This document shows positions 51,907 to 62,873 of a stretch of DNA of 64,000 bases, piece by piece (the stretch's first letter is position 1; each line of letters opens with the position of its first letter). The DNA comes from Paragordius varius. Its lineage: Eukaryota; Animalia; Nematomorpha. The DNA lies in assembly GCA_964247055.1 (NCBI GenBank), contig OZ176050.1, positions 4,216,001 to 4,280,000 on the forward strand, read 5' to 3'. The notes below the pieces were generated by a model, which did no database searches, was not told the origin of the DNA, and saw nothing but the letters and a program-made list of their open reading frames with translations. A program made the translations under genes and the position numbers.

Positions 51907-52457
51907 TTAACACTTTGATTCAATTTGGGGTATTTAAATAACCCAAACTTAAATAAAGCTGACATTTTAAAAAAAAACTGAAGGAACGGTCCCATTTTAA
52001 ATTTAGGCTATTATCCTAATAAAAGTTATATAAATAAGCCAAAATATCTAAATAAAATTTCGTTATGAAACAAATGTCACATGTCAAACTACTTTGACGC
52101 CATTTTTATTTAACAAAATTTTTGCAAAATATCTTCTTCATATAATTTTGAAGGTATAATTAAGCTAATTTAATTACATCTAACATTGATAGAAATAGAA
52201 AAAGTGTTTTATTTTATATTATTTTTCAATTTTACCATTGTAGACATGTCACCTTGACTAAATTTTAATTATGGGTTTTAGCTTAAAATAATAGATTTTT
52301 TTATATATTTCGGTTTATTAATTATACATAAGTGCAAAGTTTAGCCATGGTTTCGATACCTTCCATATTTTTTAAAGACTTTAATTTTGCCTGGGGTATC
52401 TAACTACCCCAATTCGAATCGAAGGACTAAAATGAATGTGTTGTATCCAAAGGTTAA
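51907..52457. mobile_element. piggyBac-type MITE, copy H (reverse orientation)
   Basis: TTAA-CACTTTGATTCAATTTGGGGTA...GTATCCAAAGG-TTAA. Confidence 0.85.
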
Positions 52458-52723
52458 TACAAATAAATGTTTTTATAAAAATTTTAAGTAAATACCATCT
52501 CTAATATCTGATTATAAAATATAAGCTCTGATTTTATTTTCCGTAAAATTTAAAGTAGATAGTTAAGTGTTATAAAAAATGCTTATGTAAAAAGATATGG
52601 GTTGAATGACATGCGCAAATCACATATGTATCGAATTACCCTGCTAAAAGGTATATTTAATTTATTTTTGCATATTTGATGCATAGTTTACATTTTATAC
52701 TGTTAATATTTTTCTTTAGTATA

Positions 52724-54196
52724 ATGGACAAAGGCGATACATCTAAATTTATAAATGAGGATAATTTCAAGGACGTATGCAAATATATCGATTCACAATC
52801 CGAAAAATATGTAACGCGTTTAAAAGAAGCCATTTCGATTCCTAGTATATCCTCCTTATCTGCAAATCAGAATGATTTAAATGTTATGTTGAATTGGACT
52901 GATAAGGCGCTTAAAGAACATGGCTTTACTACTTATATTAAACTTCCTGATAAATATAAAGGAGATTTAAAATATCCATTCTTATTCGGTTTTTTACCTT
53001 CAAACAATAAATCAGCACAGACCCTCATGATTTATTGCCATCTTGATGTTGTCAACGCAGAAAAAAGCGACGGATGGAAACAAAATAATCCTTTTAACTT
53101 GGAAGTTACCGAGGAGTTTTTATCGGCTCGTGGTTCGACTGATGACAAGGGGCCTCTAGTGGCTTGGTTAAACGCATTTTCAGCGATTAAGGATCTTAAT
53201 ATGACGCTACCACCGTTGAATCTTAAAATCTTTTTTGAAACTGGCGAGGAAATAGGATCTCCAGGTTTGTTGGAAATTTTACAGCAAGAGAAAAGTTTTT
53301 TTAGTGATGTCGATTACCTCATTGTAACGGATAATTATTGGGTAACCCCGGATAAACCTTGTTTAACGTACGGTTTGCGCGGACTCGTTTATTTTGTCAT
53401 GGAAATTCAAGGAGCATTTACACAAGACCAACATTCTGGCATATACGGTGGATCTATTGATGAACCGATGCGTGAAACGTTACATATTCTTGATTCTTTA
53501 GTTGATAGAGATGGAAAAATTTTAGTTTCTGGCGTTTATGACGACGTGCCTAAAATGACTGATGCCGAAAGAACATCATATCAATCCATACATATGCCTA
53601 AATCAGATACGGACAATTACATGTTTGACTCTCAGGAAGAGATTATAGCTGCACGATGGAGATATCCCGCATTGAGTGTTCATGGATTCGAAGGTGGCAC
53701 TACAACAGGGGATTTTAAAGCGGTTATACCACACCGAATATTGAGCAAATTTTCGATGCGTTTAGTCCCAAATCAAAGACCGGACGACATTGCGGCCAAA
53801 GTGAAAGCACACATTGAAGCCAAACACAAGGAGTGGGTCGCTAACCGAACACACCCTAACACTTGTAAGGTGGAAACACGTGGTCCTGGTGTCCAAGCCT
53901 GGTATAATGAACCTTGGGATAATCCGCTTTTTGTCGCAGGTAAAAAGGCATTTAAAATGGTTTACGGTGATAAGGACGTGGACTTTACGCGTGAAGGGGG
54001 ATCCATTCCTGCAGTGACTCACATTTCAAATGTTATCCCTTCACCCAAAAACGTAATTCTCATACCTATAACTAACAATGAAGGAGCTCATTCCCAGAAT
54101 GAGCGGATCTACAAGAGTCATTTCATCAATGCCACCAAGGTTATGCTAGCCTATTTGTATCAAGCTAGCTTGCTGCAACAAAAGATTACAAACTAA
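52724..54196 (+). CDS. CNDP2: Cytosolic non-specific dipeptidase (M20A), single ORF; likely start MDKG at 52724 (ORF open from 52676)
   Basis: YCHLDVV, ARGSTDDKGP, GEEIGS, DNYW, LTYGLRG, HSGIYGG, RWRYPALSVHGFEG, KFSMRLVPNQ, TREGGSIP, GAHSQNE are the CNDP/Dug1 metal-binding and substrate motifs. Confidence 0.93.
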   Translation: MDKGDTSKFINEDNFKDVCKYIDSQSEKYVTRLKEAISIPSISSLSANQNDLNVMLNWTDKALKEHGFTTYIKLPDKYKGDLKYPFLFGFLPSNNKSAQTLMIYCHLDVVNAEKSDGWKQNNPFNLEVTEEFLSARGSTDDKGPLVAWLNAFSAIKDLNMTLPPLNLKIFFETGEEIGSPGLLEILQQEKSFFSDVDYLIVTDNYWVTPDKPCLTYGLRGLVYFVMEIQGAFTQDQHSGIYGGSIDEPMRETLHILDSLVDRDGKILVSGVYDDVPKMTDAERTSYQSIHMPKSDTDNYMFDSQEEIIAARWRYPALSVHGFEGGTTTGDFKAVIPHRILSKFSMRLVPNQRPDDIAAKVKAHIEAKHKEWVANRTHPNTCKVETRGPGVQAWYNEPWDNPLFVAGKKAFKMVYGDKDVDFTREGGSIPAVTHISNVIPSPKNVILIPITNNEGAHSQNERIYKSHFINATKVMLAYLYQASLLQQKITN

Positions 54197-56447
54197 ACTA
54201 TTTTTTAATATATAATTTATTGTTTTAAGATTACTAGAATAAATATAGTAAATTAGATTTATAAATATATTACAATTATGTGCACATGCTTGCCAAAGGG
54301 CGCATCTAAATTTATAAAAATAGCATAGACAGGCGGTAAGTTGAAAACGACAATTGAGTCAATTGTCGAATACGGATTTTCTCATGCGTCGCAATAAGCT
54401 GAGTTTAAAGGGACAAAAAAACTATTTCGGTTATAATTAGTTATCCATACTACATATGTCAAATATATCTTATAGCTCATTAAAAAAATTAAATAAACCA
54501 AAATATTAAATTATAATAGTTATTATATATTAATTGAATAGCAATCTAGAAATTTTAAATTTAACATATACTATTATTTTATATAATATAATAAACATGT
54601 CTTTTTAACATTTTGATTGGGGTCACAGAGTTTAAGAAAATCCTAGCCGGTCAGACACAACCCTAGCATTATTATATTTTGCATTATAAAAAATGACTAT
54701 TGTAAGTTCAAATTAATTGGTTAGATAGTATTAAAAAATTTTAAATTTTTTAAGCGGCAAAACAAAGCCTACAATCCCAGATTGGATAGTATTACAGAAC
54801 ATTGCGAAAAATTGGAAGTAGGGAGTTGTTTCGTGAAAAGAAATCAGTTTTTATGATAATGCCATGTCTATAATCGTAAATTAGCCCATGCAAAAAATTT
54901 AATTTCTATCACTGCATATAAGAAAATTTTTTCATTTTAAATGTTACGTCAAAGGATTTTTGCCTTTAATTAATACCATATTTAATAAGCAAAACATTGT
55001 TATTGTGATTTAATTTTTGTTCGAAAGTTCTACTTGTTAAATTTAAAATATTAGAACTGAGATTGAGCGAAAGCATAATTTGCTTTAAATTTGTTATCAA
55101 AATGTCAAACTTAAGCTAGTTTGAAGCTTACAAATAAAAACAAAAAAAATTAAAAATGTCTCCTTTGTGTTAGTTTCACACATATTAAATAAATTATTAT
55201 CGTTCAATCCCGGCTTTCTGATTTTTAAAATAGGAATTTTCGGGATGACGAAATTATATATAAACACATTATAAATATAGTTATGATTACATTTTAAATT
55301 TAAGCGTCTGCCAAAAAATTTCTTTTTATCTGCGTCGAATTCACATTTTACATCAGAGTCGTTGCTACTAAGGTTGATAAAACTAAAAAAACTTTATGAC
55401 TTCGACCAGAATTAATGATTTTATACAGTGGTAATCACCAAAAACTAGGGCTAAAGAAATTTTTTTTGGTCTCAAGGGTCTTCATTAAAAATTTTCTGGT
55501 CTCAAAAGCCTTCTATAAATATGTTTTAGCTGTTGGACACATGGATAATATCTAAATTAAAATATCTAAATTAAAATATCCAAATTATTAAATTATTAAG
55601 GCCAGAAAAAAGCACTTTTAGGGCCATATGCGGGCTGTGGGCAGGGGTTTTCATACCACTGGTTTTAAAGATTATCCCCTATTTTGTGTATATAGGTAGA
55701 GAAACGCGGAATATTAAACTTTATATTTTATGAAAAATTTGCGAGAAGAGCAAAAAATGTACCAATTGCAAAAAAATGCACTCTCTTTTCCAATTTTTCA
55801 AATAGAATTTTCTAAATTTTTAAGCTTGAGACCACTGAACGAATTTGAGCTATAAGGCCATTTGGGATTTCGATGAACTTGATTTAGCATAAAAACCAGA
55901 CATTATTATAAAAATTGCTGCGATTTAAATATTTCCTATTTCTTCTCTAATTATCATTAAGGCTCTTAGAAACTCCAAATATGTCAAGAGGTTTTTCGTA
56001 TTCTAGAAACATAAAAAAATAAAAGGGAATGATGCAAAAAATATTAATAATAGTTAAAATTCAATGATCGGAAAACAGCAATTAGCCACAAATTTTTGGG
56101 TAGAAACAGTATTAGATTGCATACTGTAAAATTTAAATTGCAACGAAGGTCCCTAAATATGCGGAATGCTACTTTGGGTCAGCGTTTTAGTTAAAACCGA
56201 GCCATAATCAAATAAATTTAATTGTCCAAACTCCATAACCCGAAAATATAAAAAAATTCTGTTTAGAAAATCTCGTAAATTAGAGCCTTTTGATTATTCT
56301 CTATTGATTTAATCGCTGATATTAACGCTTTATATTTAATCGGGCGCTCGAAATATTTTATCATAAATTTATAATTTGAGATTAATAGTATTTATATTAC
56401 GATTTTTTATAATAAAGTTAAAAGATATGATGTCATATTTATATATG

Positions 56448-56486
<39 letters not shown>

Positions 56487-56573
56487 GTTTTATTATTAAT
56501 ATTGATTGTTGTAAATTTAATATCAACTACTAAAAAAAACTTATTAAATTTAACAACTATCAAACATATTTTG

Positions 56574-57101
56574 ATGATGACGATGAGTAACGACGAAGAA
56601 GAGGAATTAAGAATGGAGCAAGGAGAGTTAAGTTTTAGTGATCTGAGTAGAAATTGGCCTGTGATTTGGCAAAACAAAATAAAGGACCTTATTCGTGTCC
56701 AACCATGGATATCTGATTTGAGTTTGGAGACTCAAAAGGATTTATATGATCGTACGATGGATGTCCCAATCATCAATACCAATGAGGATGTAGATCTTGG
56801 AGATGTGATGATTGCCCCAGATAACTTTGAAAACCTTGTCAACCTATTGAAAAATTGTTTATCGGAATTGGAAAGTATTCCTCCGATTAAGGTTGAAGAA
56901 AATGTTGATGATATTATTGAGCCAAACGTACAAGTGGTGGTGGCCGAACAAGAGACAAGCATTGTGCCAGAAATGGGATCTGCTGTTGATGTTGTGGTGA
57001 AGGAAAGTACTTGGAAGAAAGAGATTCCAAGATTTTTTAAGGGGCTTGGAGTGCGATTAGTAGCGTATGCTGCTGAAGAGTTAATTAGAACATTTATATA
57101 A
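56574..57101 (+). CDS. Orphan intronless ORF, about 175 aa, acidic, with amphipathic C-terminus
   Basis: Long open frame with clearly higher GC than its flanks and protein-like composition; the upstream part of the called ORF (56376-56573) runs through a TA microsatellite and is probably not coding. No family recognised. Confidence 0.55.
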   Translation: MMTMSNDEEEELRMEQGELSFSDLSRNWPVIWQNKIKDLIRVQPWISDLSLETQKDLYDRTMDVPIINTNEDVDLGDVMIAPDNFENLVNLLKNCLSELESIPPIKVEENVDDIIEPNVQVVVAEQETSIVPEMGSAVDVVVKESTWKKEIPRFFKGLGVRLVAYAAEELIRTFI

Positions 57102-57857
57102 ATATATTATTAAATATATAAAATAAATTATATATATATATATAGATATATATAAAATAAATTATATATATACCTATTGATTGATTGATTTATTGATGAA
57201 TCTTTAATAAGATAGTAGTATATGTCTTTTCATGTCCATAAAACATAATTAATTCCGTAGTTTTGTTTTGATTTGGTACAATCAACGATAGCTGAAACTA
57301 TTTATTCATTTGTTTGTGAATATTATGATATATTTTCGTGCAGATTTAAACAGGGGTCTTTTCTAAAAAAATTTAAAATTATCAATGTCAAAATTACATT
57401 TTTTCAACTGGCGTAGTGCGGTTAATTATTCTTACTTGTATCAATAAACTGATCAAAGGCTTAACTCATCGTTCCATTCCATTAAAAATGTCGACACCTA
57501 ACATATATGGAATTATTTTTTAATTTAAACGATATTTTAAAATTGGTCCGATTTCGATCACTCATTGTATTTTTTATCTCGCCAGCCCTGATAATAATAA
57601 TATAACGCGGGTAACTTTAAAGAGCATTCCGGTATAATTTATGGACCTTCATCCTAGACTCTAATAGAATTTTATGCTTTTTCCCTATAAAATTTAAAGC
57701 AATTTCTATGACCAATTTTTATAAAAAATGGTTCGGAAAGTTTTAAGAATCCTTAGCAATCACTTACAAAAAGAGGCCAAATAATTCTGAGAATGTCGAT
57801 ACATCACGGTTTCGCTTTATTGTCCAAATTTAATATTTTATACATATAGCACAAATA

Positions 57858-58070
57858 AGGCGCGATGGTATCGTAGGTTAGGTTATTATACACTATTGCG
57901 TGGTATGTCAGAGTTTAAACTCGAAAACTACGTCCATCATTATCGTCCACCTGGACAGCCGAGTCTTGAAGCTTTCACAAGTCCTGATACAATTTCTTTA
58001 ATAAAAAAAAAGATAAAAGATACTCTCGATCATATAATTTTTATCATATATCTAGTACAAACGTAACGAA
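57858..58070 (+). mobile_element. Possible Tc1/mariner transposase N-terminal remnant
   Basis: ARWYRRL...YRPPGQPSLEAFTSPDTISLIKKKI loosely resembles the mariner RW...RSGRP...T.E.I..V pattern. Confidence 0.25.
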
Positions 58071-58399
58071 ATGCGCCCTGTGACCTTCTGGGTGCAAATA
58101 TTAAAAAATATTTTAAAAAACATAAATAAAGAATCCATTATATTTAACGCCAAACTAGAAAAAAATTCGAGAAATAAAAGTTATATTATTATTTCAACCG
58201 ATCCCTTTTCAATAATTTTAATTAAACCGTTGAATGACAAAAACACTTTTATTAAATAATTTTAATAGCATTTTTGTTTTGGTTATATAATCTATATATT
58301 TATAAAAATGGAAAATGATGGCTTTGTGATCTGTTTCCGGAAAACCGGTAAACCCATTCAAATCCCCAGAAAAATAATTTTTCGATTCAATTTTTCGCC

Positions 58400-59800
58400 C
58401 AAGGTATGAGACCGTTAAAATTCAATGAGGATTCCAGGTATTCCCTGTTAAAAGGCAAACATTTTAGTCGTGCGTTTTTTAATATTGGCTGGTGAGTAAA
58501 CACATACCCGCTAACTACCCCGACATAAATAGCGTGCTTTGGGGCTAAAAATCAGATAAAAGTTTAATAAGGGCCTGAAATATTACCCATAACAAGGCAA
58601 AAATTTAGGTGGTGCGGTTTTTTAAAATTAGCCGTTAATTAGGCCCCTTACGCCCTGAAAAATGCCCCACCATAGAATAATATTTCAGTTTTGAGGCAAT
58701 TTTTCCAAGAACTAATGAGAGCATATGGAATGAAGGATAATTCAATGTATTCACCGATAAAGGCAAAATTTTTTATCGATCTTTTTTATATTGGCCTCTA
58801 GGTAGGAGGCTACCAGCCTGCAACTGCGCCACTATACCGATACAGCGTGACTTTGCAAGCAAATTTTAAAAAACTAATCAAGCCAAATGAGGTCAATAAG
58901 CGCTTGAAATATTACCCGTAAATAAGGAAAAATTTAATTAGAGCGGTTTAGTTATTACATAATTAGGCTCCCCTAAAAATGCGCGCCAAATGAGTTTTTG
59001 GTTTTGAGACAATTTTTCGAAAATCCCACCAGAGCATATGGAATCGATCATGATTCCAGGTATTACCCAAATTAAGGCAAAAATTTTAACCTAGCTTTTA
59101 GCCCCTTTGGGGGCTACCTGCATTGCGTCATCATATCGATACAGCATGCCTTTGCAGAAAATTTATGAGACTTTGTGAGTACAATAAGGGCATAAAATAT
59201 TTATTACCCTTAAAAAACATATTTTAGTATAGGGGGTAATTTTAATGATTCGCTAAGTTAAGTATTATGCCCAGAAAAATGCGACACTATAGAACAATTT
59301 GGTTTTGAAGCATTATTTCCAGAACTTATAGGAGAATATGAAATCCATGATAATTCCAGATATTCTCCATATAAAGGCAAAAATTTTGCCCAACGCTTTT
59401 TAATGCATGCCCATGGGTAGAGTTACCCGCCAAAAACTGCTGGAGCTAATTTACAGAAAATTTATGAAGCCATTAAGCTGATTAAAGGCTTGAAATATTA
59501 CCCATAACTAGATAAAAATTAAGGATAGGCGTTTTTTTATTAGCCGTTAATTTGGGGCTTTTATGCCCTAAAAATACGCCATCATATAGCGATTATTTAG
59601 TGTTGAGGTATTTTTCGAATAATCTATGAGACAATGGTATCAAAGATGGTTCGAAATATTTTCCCTATAAAGGCAAAGAATTTAACTCCTAATTTTTAAA
59701 AAACTTAAGAAGCCATACGAGTTCAATAAAGGCTTTAAATAATACGCATAAAAAGGTAAAAATTATAGTATAGCATTTTTTTCCGTTATCCCTCAATTCT
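58400..59800. repeat. Degenerate ~300-bp tandem repeat, about 5 units (a further partial unit near 60220-60350)
   Basis: GATTCCAGGTATT-like anchors at about 58430, 58739, 59052, 59352, 59648; AAGGGC(C/T)TGAAATATTACCC-like motif recurs once per unit. Confidence 0.8.
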
Positions 59801-60015
59801 GGGCCTTTACATCAGTAAACAATATATTAGTATGAATGCAGTTTTGAAAATTTTATAAAGCATTGTTTTGAAAATCATATGAGATCATAACTATTAAATA
59901 TTCCACATATATGGATGCCATTAATGAGCCCTTTTTTCAAATAGCGGCTTCGCAGGCCATATGTACCTACTCCATAAGGTCAAATTACGCTCATTGCAGT
60001 AATCAACTGCACATG

Positions 60016-60055
<40 letters not shown>

Positions 60056-60576
60056 AATTTTACAAATGTGTGTAATTCCAACCTCTTTCCTCCATAAGGA
60101 CAAAATTATACGTTTTTCAAATATTTTTATACCCCATGTCAAAAATATAGCTTTTTGCACGTTACCCAATAATTGCTATGTTTTTATACTAAGATCATTG
60201 CTGAATATTTTTGATAATGTATGGTGACTTGGGGCCTTTATACCCTTAAACCCGCTCAACAATATGTTCTTGAGGCTATTTTTCGCCAAAATTATGAGAT
60301 CATATAAAATTAATTAGGGTGCAGATCTCGCGTATAAAGGCAAAAAAATTTTTCCCATCTCCCGCCCAAAAGGTCCGAAGGACTTCCACGAGCTGCGTAG
60401 CACCCCAAGATTAACGCTAGTATATAAAATATAACCGTTTTTCGTAATTTAAAGTTTAGCTAATTTTGATTCGCATTTATTTTCTTATATGACCTATTTT
60501 TTTCAGATATTAAAAGAACTCATTGAATCAAAAAAGTTTGTTTTCTTTTATTGTATGAACCCGTAAATTTGCCGCG

Positions 60577-60612
<36 letters not shown>

Positions 60613-60627
60613 TGACAATTCATAATG

Positions 60628-61165
60628 CAGGGGTACGCAGCTCACGAAAATTTGGAAATCCATAATTTGCAAAATTATGGTCAAAATCTTAGTAAAATTG
60701 ATATTTGTTAAAACATTCCAAATAATTCCAATTGACAAAAACTATAAAAATATTATATTGTGTCGGAATTTCGCATTCTTACGTTTCAAATCTAATCAAT
60801 TATTATTTATAAATGCCCGTATATATTTCAAATGCGGCCAGTAAAGCCAGTTGTTTTGGACACCCCTGTAGGTAGGATTTGTATATTTTGGGCAAGATCA
60901 GGGGTGTCCAACACGCGCTTCCGAGACTTTATGTGCGACCCGCGAAAAATTTGAAAATCCATAATTTACAAATATACGCTCACAAAATCTTAAAAATTAG
61001 TATTTTTAAATATTGTTTCGAATAAGATGATCGAATTGGCAAAAACGAAAAAAAATTTATGTTTTGCATTCTTATTAAAGTATAAAGCCTCTTTCGATTC
61101 AGTTCGCCAGTTTTTTGCGTTAAAAATGCGGCCCGTGAAGCTATATGTGTTGACCATTCCCAGTC
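60628..61165. mobile_element. Two adjacent short hAT (Charlie-like) MITE remnants
   Basis: CAGGGGT... start at 60628 with TTGGACACCCCTG end at 60868; CAGGGGTGTCCAA start at 60899; shared internal GAAATCCATAATTT and ATGCGGCC motifs; TSDs not recovered. Confidence 0.55.
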
Positions 61166-62156
61166 TAGATAGAGTGAATGATGGGCTTTTGAAATCCAAA
61201 AAATTCAAAGACAAGTGTCAATTATAAATATATATGCAGAGAATTGCGTCAAGCAGCTGATTTTTGGCATTTTCTAACGTTTTTTAATACAAATGCTCTA
61301 AATTTTTATCATAATGAAATGCAGTATCTTGGAATGATATAACCTGTGGCCTTTGAAAATTCTCATATCAATTTTAATGCGCCTAGACATCGCAGAAAAA
61401 TATAAGACAATAGTGTATCGTATCCAATTATGTTCCAAATAAAAACCAGAGTGAGGGGTATATAACTATGCGACAAAGTGTTATTCCATTTTAAAGCAAA
61501 GCGCAAATAAAAATTAGGCCATCTTTAAATTTTAAAGATAGATTCTAAAGTCGCTTTAGCAGTAAACTTGGCCAAGCAAATGGCAAAATAAAAAAGCAGT
61601 GTCAGATATCCTTTAACAATATAGATGGATTACCATATACTACGACTTAGTATCCAACATTAAAAATACGCTATTATATAGGCATCAAAGATTCTTCGTC
61701 CTTTCGCAAAAAACACAGCATTTTCCAAAAATATCCAGTATAAATGAGGTTTGCATTTAATTTATACTTTTATTTTTAGTTTATATTTTAATTTTATTTT
61801 TACATTTAACAAAGATTACTTGTAGTAATCGAAAATTAACTCTGATAAATTTGTTCAATTTTGGACGAATTATAATTGCAATAATAATAATAATGATTGA
61901 ATTGCCCACGTCATATTTAGCAAATAGTAATAAAACAAGTATTTGTCCACTTGTATTGTCTTTAAACAACGCGTTGGTCACAGGTATGTCAAACACTTTT
62001 GGGGCAAGAAATTCATGACGCTTAAGAAAAAAATCGTAAGAAGATACAAATTTTACAGCATTAAAATGGTATATTAGCCATTATTAAAATTAATATACAA
62101 AAAAAATTTATTTATACATACTATAATTAATGATAATACATAAATGAGATCACATT

Positions 62157-62827
62157 TTACACCCATACACCTGCACAAATATCATTACCTAATAAAAGTT
62201 ATAAAAAACAACATACTTTGATGAGTTTTATCCCGTTCTTTAATAGCAATCAAATCTTTTTTGGCTTTACTTATCATTTTATTTAAAACTTCCATATATT
62301 GATTCTGAGAAGTAATAGCGGCCTCTTTTTCTTGCAAAAATTTATTCCAAAACTTAAAATTAAAATATTAAAACCTTATAACTTTGAGACCCATCATAAT
62401 TAACCAAGAGATTGTCAATAGTCAATGCATTAGGAAGGTTCATTTTAACCATTAAAACCAGCAATATATATTGCTGCAGGATATAATAAATTAATGCTGA
62501 TTTATCCAAATTAACTAAATCTATTGATTGAATGCCCTCAATTTCATCCAATAAATTAAAATCTGTCGATGTTTTTGATTTAACTGCTAGAATAAATTTA
62601 GTTCCGATTTTCTTTTTAATAAATAATATCAGAGGTATTATATTTATATCATATGGAATATTGATAGATTTTCCGAGGGAGCTTATATATAAAATGAGCT
62701 TGGATTCATTATAAATTCGTGATTTAAATTTCTTGTTAAGTAAATGGATAATATCACAGCATTTTGTATCACTTTGGATTCCAGTAATCACCAATTTTAA
62801 ACCGTTGTGCCAAACTGACAATTCCAT
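62157..62827 (-). CDS. N-terminal Ras-association domain protein (RASSF7/8-like), divergent; exons 62375-62827, 62217-62352, 62157-62188
   Basis: MELSVWHNGLKLVITGIQSDTKCCDII resembles RASSF7/8 MELKVWVDG...; coiled-coil-like middle exon; the spliced product ends AGVWV-stop, like the C-terminal PDZ-binding tail of this family. Confidence 0.72.
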
Positions 62828-62873
62828 TCATATAAAAATCACATACTTGTTAATCAATGAATGAAAATTTAGC

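Noticed and set aside
54348-54368. 21-bp palindrome CGACAATTGA-G-TCAATTGTCG, considered as a Helitron 3' hairpin
   Set aside because: No CTRR terminus at the expected distance and no other Helitron features.
58400-59800. Repeat arrays (here, 9380-9740, and the MITE triplet) as CRISPR-like repeat-spacer arrays
   Set aside because: Eukaryotic context; units are degenerate along their whole length, with no identical repeats separated by unique spacers and no cas genes.
61300-62050. Possible additional small gene between the MITEs and the RASSF-like gene
   Set aside because: Open stretches exist on both strands, but no spliced model gave a recognisable or stop-free protein.
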